Assembly: GCA_047975295.1 (NCBI GenBank)
Contig: JBKEDH010000167.1
Coordinates: forward strand, 1-14,384
Direction: 5' to 3'
From: Aestuariibaculum sp.
GTDB lineage: Bacteria > Bacteroidota > Bacteroidia > Flavobacteriales > Flavobacteriaceae
Length of the DNA stretch: 14,384 bases
Part shown: in pieces, positions 1 to 6,512 of the stretch
How positions within the stretch are numbered: position 1 is the first letter of the stretch
How the letters are laid out: the number at the start of each line of letters is the position of its first letter
Program-made: the position numbers and the translations under genes
The notes under the pieces: generated by a model
The model's database searches: none
What the model saw: only the letters and a program-made list of their open reading frames with translations
Told to the model about the DNA's origin: nothing

Positions 1-2
1 CC

Positions 3-2162
3 ATGAAAAAAGTAGCACCATTCATTTTATTACTTATTACAGTAATAGCCTGTAAAAACGATAAACCGAACAATATGGCAATTCAATATCCCGAAACCAA
101 AAAAACCGATATTTCAGACGATTACTTCGGAATAACAGTTGCCGATCCCTACCGTTGGTTAGAAAACGATCGAAGCTCCGAAACCGAAGCTTGGGTAAAA
201 GCCGAAAATAAAGTAACCCACACCTATTTAGATAAAATTCCGTATCGTGAAGCTTTAAAAAACCGTTTGGCAGCATTGTGGAATTACGAAAAAGTGGGTG
301 CTCCCTTTAAAGAAGGCGACTATACTTATTTTTACAAAAACAACGGGCTGCAAAACCAAAATGTTATATACCGCTATAAAACCGGAGAAGATTCTAATAC
401 CGCCCAAGTATTTTTAGACCCCAATACCTTTAGCAAAGGTGGTACAACATCGCTCGATGGCGTTAGTTTTTCAAAAAACGGTAAAATATTGGCATATTCT
501 ATTTCTGAAGGTGGCAGCGACTGGCGGAAAGTACTGGTAATAGATGTTGAAACCAAAACTATTGTAGAAGATACTTTAACCGATATTAAATTTACCCAGA
601 TTTCTTGGTACAAAAACGAAGGTTTTTACTATTCAAGTTACGACAAACCAACAGGCAGCGAGCTCTCGGCAAAAACCGACCAGCACAAAGTGTATTACCA
701 TAAATTGGGAACGCCACAACAGCAGGACCAACTTATTTATGGTGGCACGCCCGAAGAAAAGCACCGCTACATTTACGCTATGGTTACCGAAGACGACCAT
801 TACCTTATTATTGCACCTAAAGTATCTACTTCAGGAAATAAATTGTTAATTAAAGATTTAACCAAACCAAACACCAAGTTTACAACCGTTTTAAACCATA
901 CCGACAGCGATACCAATATTATCGATAGCGATGGCAGCACTTTATATTTAATCACTAATCTAAAGGCTCCGAACAAACGCATTGTAAAAGTAGATGCCGC
1001 AAACCCAACGCCCAGTAATTGGATAGATGTTATTCCCGAAACCGAACACGTGCTTTCGCCAACAACCGGTAATGGTTATTTCTTTGCAAATTATATGATC
1101 GATGCCATTTCGAAAATAAAGCAATACGATTACAGCGGTAAATTAATTAGGGATATTGAATTACCCGGTGTAGGAACTGCCAGTGGTTTTTCAGGTAAAA
1201 AGGAAGATCAGGTATTGTATTATTCATTCACCAATTACAATACACCCGGAAGTATTTACACTTACAATGCACAATCTGGAGAAACAAAACAATATTGGAA
1301 ACCCACATTGGAGTTTAATCCAGATGACTACGAAAGTAAGCAGGTGTTTTACAACTCGAAAGATGGCACCAAAGTCCCCATGATCATTACCTATAAAAAA
1401 GGCACGGAACTTAACGGTAAAAACCCAACCATTCTTTACGGTTATGGCGGATTCAATATTAGTTTAACACCCAGTTTTAGCATTGCCAACGCTGTATGGA
1501 TGGAGCAGGGCGGTATTTATGCCGTTGCCAATTTACGAGGCGGTGGCGAATACGGAAAAGCGTGGCACAATGCCGGAACACAGTTGAAAAAGCAAAATGT
1601 ATTTGATGATTTTATTGCTGCAGGCGAATATTTGATTGAAAATAAATACACCTCATCCGATTATTTGGCCATACGAGGTGGTTCCAATGGCGGATTGTTG
1701 GTTGGCGCCACCATGACACAACGTCCCGATTTAATAAAAGTAGCCTTACCGGCTGTTGGCGTATTGGATATGCTACGTTATCATACATTTACCGCTGGAG
1801 CAGGATGGGCTTACGATTATGGTACAGCCGAAGACAGTAAGGAAATGTTTGAGTATTTAAAAGGCTACTCACCCGTACACAACGTAAAAGCAGGCATCGA
1901 ATATCCGGCAACTTTAGTAACTACCGGCGATCATGACGACCGTGTGGTACCTGCACACAGTTTTAAATTTGCTGCCGAACTGCAAAACAAGCAAACCGGA
2001 CATAATCCGGTACTTATCCGTATAGAAACCGATGCCGGCCATGGCGCAGGAACACCCATAAGCAAAACCATAGAACAGTATGCCGATATTTTTGGGTTTA
2101 CACTTTACAATATGGGTTTTAAAACCTTACCAAAAAGTGAAGAACTAAAGGAAAAAAACTAA
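3..2162 (+). CDS. Prolyl oligopeptidase (S9A family serine peptidase), predicted lipoprotein
   Basis: 719-aa ORF. The N-terminus [17 protein letters not shown] is lipobox-like. The C-terminal alpha/beta-hydrolase catalytic region carries the nucleophile motif GGSNGGLL, then TGDHDDRV (Asp) and AGHGAG (His). The long N-terminal half fits the beta-propeller of prolyl endopeptidases. Confidence 0.9.
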   Translation: MKKVAPFILLLITVIACKNDKPNNMAIQYPETKKTDISDDYFGITVADPYRWLENDRSSETEAWVKAENKVTHTYLDKIPYREALKNRLAALWNYEKVGAPFKEGDYTYFYKNNGLQNQNVIYRYKTGEDSNTAQVFLDPNTFSKGGTTSLDGVSFSKNGKILAYSISEGGSDWRKVLVIDVETKTIVEDTLTDIKFTQISWYKNEGFYYSSYDKPTGSELSAKTDQHKVYYHKLGTPQQQDQLIYGGTPEEKHRYIYAMVTEDDHYLIIAPKVSTSGNKLLIKDLTKPNTKFTTVLNHTDSDTNIIDSDGSTLYLITNLKAPNKRIVKVDAANPTPSNWIDVIPETEHVLSPTTGNGYFFANYMIDAISKIKQYDYSGKLIRDIELPGVGTASGFSGKKEDQVLYYSFTNYNTPGSIYTYNAQSGETKQYWKPTLEFNPDDYESKQVFYNSKDGTKVPMIITYKKGTELNGKNPTILYGYGGFNISLTPSFSIANAVWMEQGGIYAVANLRGGGEYGKAWHNAGTQLKKQNVFDDFIAAGEYLIENKYTSSDYLAIRGGSNGGLLVGATMTQRPDLIKVALPAVGVLDMLRYHTFTAGAGWAYDYGTAEDSKEMFEYLKGYSPVHNVKAGIEYPATLVTTGDHDDRVVPAHSFKFAAELQNKQTGHNPVLIRIETDAGHGAGTPISKTIEQYADIFGFTLYNMGFKTLPKSEELKEKN

Positions 2163-2195
2163 ATCAAGAATCAAGACTTTTTGAGTTCCAGTTTC

Positions 2196-3122
2196 ATGCT
2201 ACAAGTAAAAAATATTTCGTTTCAATATAGCAGCAATACCGTTTTAAAGCATATTAATTTTAAAGCCAATAAAGGCGAACATGTTGCTATTATAGGCGAA
2301 AGCGGGTCGGGAAAAAGCACTCTTTTAAAATTGCTTTATGGTGTTCACGATCTATATGAAGGTGAAATACTATGGAGCGGCACCAAAATACTCGGTCCCA
2401 AATTCAACTTGGTTGTGGGCTACGATTTTATAAAATACGTAGCCCAAGAATTCGATTTAATGCCGTTTACATCGGTTGCCGAAAATATTGGAACATTCCT
2501 GTCCAATTTTTATCCTAACGAAAAGCAGGCTCGAATAAAAGAACTTCTAAAAGTGGTAGAATTAGAAGCCTTTGCCAATACCAAAGTAAAAACATTAAGT
2601 GGCGGACAAAAACAGCGGGTCGCCATTGCCAGGGCCATTGCCAAACAACCCGAAATACTATTGTTGGACGAGCCTTTTAGCCATATCGACAATTTTAAAA
2701 AACAATCACTAAGACGTAGTTTATTCCAATATTTAAAAGAAAAGCAAATCACCTGTATTGTGGCCACCCACGATAAAGACGATGTATTGGCATTTTCAAA
2801 TAAAATGATTGTTTTACACAATAATAAAATTATAGCCAACAGCAGTCCGAAACAGTTGTACAATAATCCGAAAACTACACTTATAGCATCTTTTTTTTGC
2901 GAATTTAACGAAATTGAAGGTTATGGTATAGTTTATGCTCATCGACTAAAAGTGGTAAAACATTCACCACTAAAAGCTAAAGTTAAACAGTGCTATTTTA
3001 AAGGCCATTTGTATTTAATTGAAGCCGAACTAACTGGCAAACGGATATTTTTTGAACACCATTCCGATATCGAAAAAGATAAAACAGTATTTTTAGAAGT
3101 AACCCATTTAGAGCCTGTTTAA
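2196..3122 (+). CDS. ABC transporter ATP-binding protein with C-terminal TOBE-like domain (orphan, no permease adjacent)
   Basis: Walker A GESGSGKST, ABC signature LSGGQKQRVAIARAI, Walker B ILLLDEPFSHID and H-loop ATHD are present. The C-terminal ~90 aa (YNNPKTTLIASFFCEFNEIEG...) resembles the transport-associated OB domain of importer ATPases (PotA/ModC/FbpC type). The ORF track starts at TTG 2181; the first ATG is at 2196 (MLQVKN...), and I prefer that start. Confidence 0.85.
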   Translation: MLQVKNISFQYSSNTVLKHINFKANKGEHVAIIGESGSGKSTLLKLLYGVHDLYEGEILWSGTKILGPKFNLVVGYDFIKYVAQEFDLMPFTSVAENIGTFLSNFYPNEKQARIKELLKVVELEAFANTKVKTLSGGQKQRVAIARAIAKQPEILLLDEPFSHIDNFKKQSLRRSLFQYLKEKQITCIVATHDKDDVLAFSNKMIVLHNNKIIANSSPKQLYNNPKTTLIASFFCEFNEIEGYGIVYAHRLKVVKHSPLKAKVKQCYFKGHLYLIEAELTGKRIFFEHHSDIEKDKTVFLEVTHLEPV

Positions 3123-3260
3123 ATTTGTATGATAGACTTTTTGTATAGTTTATTTTTGATTTATAATGAGGCAAATAGGGGTTACTTGATTAAATTTTAA
3201 CGAAATTATACGCAAAAAGAGACATAGAAAAACAATTGATATAAATTTTAAACAGGCTCT
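3110..3260. repeat. Perfect 14-bp inverted repeat pair (AGAGCCTGTTTAAA / TTTAAACAGGCTCT) bracketing a 151-bp A/T-rich intergenic segment
   Basis: 3110-3123 is the exact reverse complement of 3247-3260, checked base by base. The first copy overlaps the ABC gene stop codon. The second copy ends 7 nt before the next ATG. Confidence 0.5.
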
Positions 3261-3267
3261 TAAACAA

Positions 3268-4029
3268 ATGAAGACATTTTATACTATTCTATTAATTGTA
3301 CTATTACCCAACATTGTAATAGCACAAACCAAAACAATACATACTTTCGTTGCGTTATGCGATAATGAAAACCAAGGTATTGTTCCGGTTCCAAAATCGT
3401 TGGGAAATGGTAAAGACACAAAAAACAATCTGTATTGGGGTGCCGCATTTGGAGTAAAATCATTTTTTAAAAACAAAGCCGAAAATTGGAAACTTGTATC
3501 TACCATAACACTTAATAGTTCGACCATATTGGAACGGCTTTTATTTAAGCATAAAACAAAAGATGTTTACATGCTTGCCGATGCTTACGACGGCGAACAA
3601 ATAAAGATTTGTATTGAAGATTTTTTAAAGGCATCCAACAGCCAGTTACCGGTTACCATTACCCATAACAACCAAACACTTAAATTTGGTGGTCATGCCA
3701 ATGTTACAGCCTACGTAGGCCACGATGGCCTTATGGATTTTAAAGTAAGCATAGACTACAACAAATCCAACACTTCAAAAGATGTTATTATTTTGGCATG
3801 TTACAGCAAACGCTTTTTTTCGTCTGAGATAAAAAAATCGCAAGCCAACCCCGTTTTATGGACAACGCACTTAATGGCTCCCGAAGCCTATGTTTTAAAT
3901 GCTGCTTTAAATGGCTGGATTAACAACGAATCGGGAACAAGTATCGACGAACGTGCCGCCCAAGCGTACAACAAATACCAAAAATGTGGAATAAAGGGTG
4001 CGCGGAATTTGTTTACAACAGGGTTTTAA
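3268..4029 (+). CDS. Hypothetical secreted protein (signal peptide, function unknown)
   Basis: 253-aa ORF. The N-terminal MKTFYTILLIVLLPNIVIAQT is a typical signal peptide. I recognise no family motif. Confidence 0.6.
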   Translation: MKTFYTILLIVLLPNIVIAQTKTIHTFVALCDNENQGIVPVPKSLGNGKDTKNNLYWGAAFGVKSFFKNKAENWKLVSTITLNSSTILERLLFKHKTKDVYMLADAYDGEQIKICIEDFLKASNSQLPVTITHNNQTLKFGGHANVTAYVGHDGLMDFKVSIDYNKSNTSKDVIILACYSKRFFSSEIKKSQANPVLWTTHLMAPEAYVLNAALNGWINNESGTSIDERAAQAYNKYQKCGIKGARNLFTTGF

Positions 4030-4044
4030 CAAGAAAGTAATATC

Positions 4045-4557
4045 ATGCAAATATTAAGTAGTAAAACTGAAGATATAGATCTCATTCACAAACTTTATCG
4101 GTATGCAGCCAATTTTCAAAAAACAAAAGGAACTGTTATTTGGACAGATTTTGACAGAAGTTTAATTCAACAGGAAATATACAAAAAAAGGCAATGGAAA
4201 ATTGTAATTGACAATAAAATTGCCTCTATCTGGACAATTACGCATAGCGATCCCAAAATTTGGGGCAACAAAAATAGCGCCCCCGCCATTTACATACACC
4301 GAATTGCCACAAACCCCGAATTTAGGGGACAAAATTTGGTGGTTGAAATAGTTAGATGGGCAAGAAAATACGCTACCAAAAATGAAAAAAAGTTTATACG
4401 AATGGATACGGTCGGAGAAAATACGGGGCTTATTGAATACTATAAAAAATGTGGTTTCGATTTTTTGGGACTTTCAAAATTGGAAAATACTTATGGACTG
4501 CCTGCTCATTACAATAACGCTACTGTTTGCTTATTCCAAATGGCTGTTACCAATTAA
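4045..4557 (+). CDS. GNAT family N-acetyltransferase
   Basis: 170 aa. YIHRIATNPEFRGQNLVVEIVRWARKYA...FIRMDTVGENTGLIEYYKKCGFDF fits the GNAT core: beta4-alpha3 with an R/Q-x-x-G-x-G/A-like acetyl-CoA loop, and the C-terminal Y..GF motif. Confidence 0.6.
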   Translation: MQILSSKTEDIDLIHKLYRYAANFQKTKGTVIWTDFDRSLIQQEIYKKRQWKIVIDNKIASIWTITHSDPKIWGNKNSAPAIYIHRIATNPEFRGQNLVVEIVRWARKYATKNEKKFIRMDTVGENTGLIEYYKKCGFDFLGLSKLENTYGLPAHYNNATVCLFQMAVTN

Positions 4558-4587
4558 GTAACTCTCCCTGCTTAAAACATGAGGTTA

Positions 4588-5598
4588 TCATTCCTGTTTC
4601 CGTTCATAATTCCTAACCGCCAACTTTTGTTTAAACAAAATACGGTTTCGCAATTTTCTGGGCTTTAAAACCTCCAGACTTTCACCAAATCCGAGAATTA
4701 AACGCTCCAATTCGTAATTAATCTGAACAAAAATATTAAAAACAACGCCATCCTCACGGGTTTCTATAATACGCTGCGACCAATGGAAAGGCTTTGTAAT
4801 AATATAAGGTGCATTTTTTTTATTGACCCAAAATTGTATGCATTCGGCTTTGATGTTCGATACGGTTACGCCTACTACATCGCTATAAAAATCGTCGCCG
4901 TTAACGGCCATATCTATATATTTAAGTTTTTTGTTCTGTTTTATACCAATTATCCGGTCTAAAGCAAGTGTTATAAACTTTTCATTTTGGTAGGCCAGTA
5001 AAAACCAACGGTTATTAAACTCTTTTAATAATTGCGGGTGTACTTCTATAATTTTAGGTACTCTTGCCGAAAACGACTGATAATTAACATTAATAACAGT
5101 TTTATCTTGAATGGTTTTATAAATAACATCAATAAAGTTTAGCCCCTTTAATTGTTCGTTCTTATCTAAATGAATAATGGCCCGTTTATTGACCTGAGAT
5201 GCGTAAACCGAATCTTCCAGACGCTGTAAAACACCGTCCATCTCCTTAAAAAGCGAAAAATCCTTAAATTGTTTTAATACTTGGATGGCATTGTTCATTA
5301 TTTCAACGTCTTTATCGGTTACGGGAATGTTTACAATACTGTAATTTTCGTCTTCATATTTATAATACTTCCTATTGTAAACCACAATAGGCGCATTATA
5401 ACCAAGTTTATCACTACGCATTATTTGTATATCCAATTGTACGGTACGCTTGCTAACATTAACATCTTTACCTTCGTATTCGTAAAGAGCGTCCGATACG
5501 GCTTCTATTAAATCGTCTAATGTCCAGCTTCTAAAATGGTTTTGAAGACATTTATCTATGGTTTTATATCTAATAAGAGCGTTTTTATTAACGGCCAT
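4588..5598 (-). CDS. WYL-domain transcriptional regulator (N-terminal wHTH, central WYL, C-terminal WCX-like; BrxR/CapW/PafBC-like architecture)
   Basis: 336 aa. N-terminal HTH-like SKRTVQLDIQIM. Central segment INVNYQSFSARVPKIIEVHPQLLKEFNNRWFLLAYQNEKFITLALDRI matches the WYL domain consensus (Y.S....R.V.P..L......WYL.AY........F.LDRI). The length is typical for this family. The gene is divergent from the ncRNA/SPFH/RtcB cluster. Confidence 0.8.
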   Translation of the reverse strand: MAVNKNALIRYKTIDKCLQNHFRSWTLDDLIEAVSDALYEYEGKDVNVSKRTVQLDIQIMRSDKLGYNAPIVVYNRKYYKYEDENYSIVNIPVTDKDVEIMNNAIQVLKQFKDFSLFKEMDGVLQRLEDSVYASQVNKRAIIHLDKNEQLKGLNFIDVIYKTIQDKTVINVNYQSFSARVPKIIEVHPQLLKEFNNRWFLLAYQNEKFITLALDRIIGIKQNKKLKYIDMAVNGDDFYSDVVGVTVSNIKAECIQFWVNKKNAPYIITKPFHWSQRIIETREDGVVFNIFVQINYELERLILGFGESLEVLKPRKLRNRILFKQKLAVRNYERKQE

Positions 5599-5660
5599 AA
5601 TGTTACTGTTCTAATTCATTTTTACTAAAATATAAGAAATTTTTCAAAAAAAAATTAAAC

Positions 5661-5679
5661 TACGCAAAAACATTGCGTA
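5661..5679. promoter_or_regulatory. Perfect palindrome TACGCAA-N5-TTGCGTA, candidate operator (possibly for the adjacent WYL regulator)
   Basis: 7-bp arms are exact reverse complements with a 5-nt spacer. It lies 63 bp upstream of the WYL gene start codon and overlaps the candidate -33 element of a plus-strand promoter. Confidence 0.4.
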
Positions 5680-5700
5680 ATTACATGAAAATATTTGCAA
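5671..5700 (+). promoter_or_regulatory. Candidate Bacteroidetes-type sigma-A promoter for the plus-strand tRNA-like/Y-RNA-like transcript
   Basis: TTG at 5673-5675 and TATTTG at 5692-5697 approximate TAnnTTTG. The spacing is shorter than the ~19-nt consensus. A transcription start near 5704 is implied. This is a weak motif-only call. Confidence 0.25.
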
Positions 5701-5742
5701 TGTAATAATAAAGAAGTCTTCTTTTTAGACTTTGTAAGTAGT

Positions 5743-5772
5743 GCTCCACCAGACACAGGAAGCTGGTGGAGC
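5743..5772 (+). other. Strong hairpin: 10-bp perfect stem GCTCCACCAG/CTGGTGGAGC with 10-nt loop ACACAGGAAG
   Basis: Direct reverse-complement reading. It sits between the candidate promoter and the first tRNA-like module. It follows a second palindrome, AAAGAAG-T-CTTCTTT, at 5710-5724. Confidence 0.5.
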
Positions 5773-5798
5773 TTAACAAACGCTCTTAAATATATAAT

Positions 5799-5870
5799 CT
5801 GGAAAAATAACAATGGCTGTTTGCTCGCTTTGGAAGCGGGAGGTTGCAGGTTCGAATCCTGCTTTCCAGA
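5799..5870 (+). tRNA. tRNA-like, canonical order, Pro(UGG)-like anticodon loop; atypical D-arm (possible pseudo-tRNA or part of a Y-RNA-like transcript)
   Basis: Cloverleaf reads CTGGAAA/TTTCCAG (perfect 7-bp acceptor, C1-G72 as in bacterial tRNA-Pro), AA, weak D-arm TAAC-AATGGCT-GTTT, G, anticodon stem CTCGC/GCGGG, loop TTTGGAA (U33, anticodon TGG, A37), variable AGGTT, T-arm GCAGG-TTCGAAT-CCTGC, discriminator A. No CCA is encoded. A8 and the 3-bp A/T D-stem are non-canonical. Confidence 0.45.
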
Positions 5871-6017
5871 CAAATGCCTGTAATAAAAAATATCAAGCAA
5901 GTCCTGTTGGGTGTTTCGGTATAGCACTATTGTATAAAACCTTGCCGATGGGTATTAGGTATTTATATGCAACTTGACTTGAAGGTTTCGAATTGTTTAT
6001 CCAAAAAACAATCACCA

Positions 6018-6087
6018 TCTATCTGTCACGGGTTCGAATCCCGTTCCCAACAAAAGTTGGGATAGCTCAGTTTGGTAGAGCAATAGA
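6018..6087 (+). ncRNA. Circularly permuted tRNA-like module (YrlA-type Y RNA-like tRNA mimic)
   Basis: Order is TCTAT (anticodon-stem 3' strand), CTGTC (variable), ACGGG-TTCGAAT-CCCGT (T-arm), TCCCAAC (acceptor 3' strand), AAAA loop, GTTGGGA (acceptor 5' strand), TA, GCTC-AGTTTGGTA-GAGC (D-arm), A, ATAGA (anticodon-stem 5' strand). All helices are perfect Watson-Crick. The element spacings equal those of a real tRNA but the order is permuted and the acceptor stem is loop-closed. Confidence 0.55.
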
Positions 6088-6096
6088 TTATCAATT

Positions 6097-6166
6097 GTAG
6101 GTTCGAATCCTACTCATGCAAAAACGTGATGGCGAAATTGGTAAACGCACTGTAACTGGGTTACAG
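6097..6166 (+). ncRNA. Second tRNA-like module in the same T-arm, stem-loop, D-arm order (degenerate)
   Basis: T-arm GTAGG-TTCGAAT-CCTAC (6097-6113), weak stem-loop region 6114-6131, class-II-like D-arm GCG-AAATTGGTAAA-CGC (6132-6148), A, then hairpin CTGTA(A)-ACTGGGT-TACAG (6150-6166). The acceptor strands do not pair, so this is not a canonical tRNA. Confidence 0.35.
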
Positions 6167-6172
6167 CTTGAA

Positions 6173-6195
6173 ATGGACTCAAAATCCATATTTTT
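6173..6195 (+). terminator. Rho-independent terminator-like hairpin ending the tRNA-like/Y-RNA-like region
   Basis: ATGGA-CTCAAAA-TCCAT stem-loop followed by ATTTTT. A second similar hairpin, ACAGTT-ATATTAA-AACTGT plus TTTTAT, lies at 6286-6310. Confidence 0.4.
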
Positions 6196-6512
6196 AAAAG
6201 AAAACCAACTTTTTAAAATAGGTTACAAAAAAAACAAGGCAAAAGGTTACCGGCCAATAAGGCAATCGGGGTGACACCTTGAAATACAGTTATATTAAAA
6301 CTGTTTTTATAAGTTCTTTAAAGGTCCATACATTGGAAAAATATTGTGATTTTCACGATAAGCAACCAATATATCTGCCTTAAAAACAAGTTATAATACA
6401 CTTTAATCACTTGTATTTCCGTAGTTGGAACGATGGTTCTCTTTTGCTTTGTTTTCAATTAAAAAATAATAACAAATAAAAAATAAAAACCAATAATTAA
6501 ATAACTATAAAA

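Noticed and set aside
2181-2195. TTG start at 2181 for the ABC ATPase
   Set aside because: An in-frame ATG 15 nt downstream gives a conventional MLQVKN... N-terminus 34 nt after the upstream stop. The TTG start cannot be excluded, but it adds only 5 residues.
5743-5772. SRP (4.5S) RNA domain IV because of the CAGGAAGC motif in the hairpin loop
   Set aside because: The helix is an uninterrupted 10-bp stem with a 10-nt loop. It lacks the symmetric and asymmetric internal loops and the GNRA tetraloop of SRP helix 8, and there is no closing 5'/3' helix.
5655-5927. Short ORFs inside the non-coding RNA region (5655-5927 minus strand, 90 aa; 5695-5883 plus strand, 62 aa)
   Set aside because: They overlap the hairpin and tRNA-like structures and are of low complexity. 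Both strands are open only because the region is short. They have no motif support.
6056-6121. Canonical tRNA reading: 5' half GTTGGGATAGCTCAGTTTGGTAGAGCA followed by T-arm GTAGGTTCGAATCCTAC and TCATGCA
   Set aside because: Only 16 nt lie between the D-arm and the T-arm, where an anticodon arm plus variable loop needs about 22-23 nt. No 5-bp anticodon stem can be formed there. The 3' strand TCATGCA does not pair with GTTGGGA. The matching 3' strand TCCCAAC is upstream, which is what led to the permuted interpretation.
5700-6200. tmRNA (ssrA) hypothesis for the T-arm-containing region
   Set aside because: There is no GGGG-starting acceptor with a G3-U70 pair. There is no tag-peptide reading frame ending in an ALAA-like sequence. 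The T-arm-bearing 3' end is not followed by an acceptor strand complementary to any upstream 5' end at tmRNA distance.
5599-6512. tRNA fragments as attL/attR remnants of an integrated mobile element
   Set aside because: The window has no integrase, recombinase or transposase gene, and no direct repeats of a tRNA 3' end flanking a cargo region. The fragments are within 400 bp of each other and form regular permuted modules. It remains a formal alternative for the degenerate pieces.
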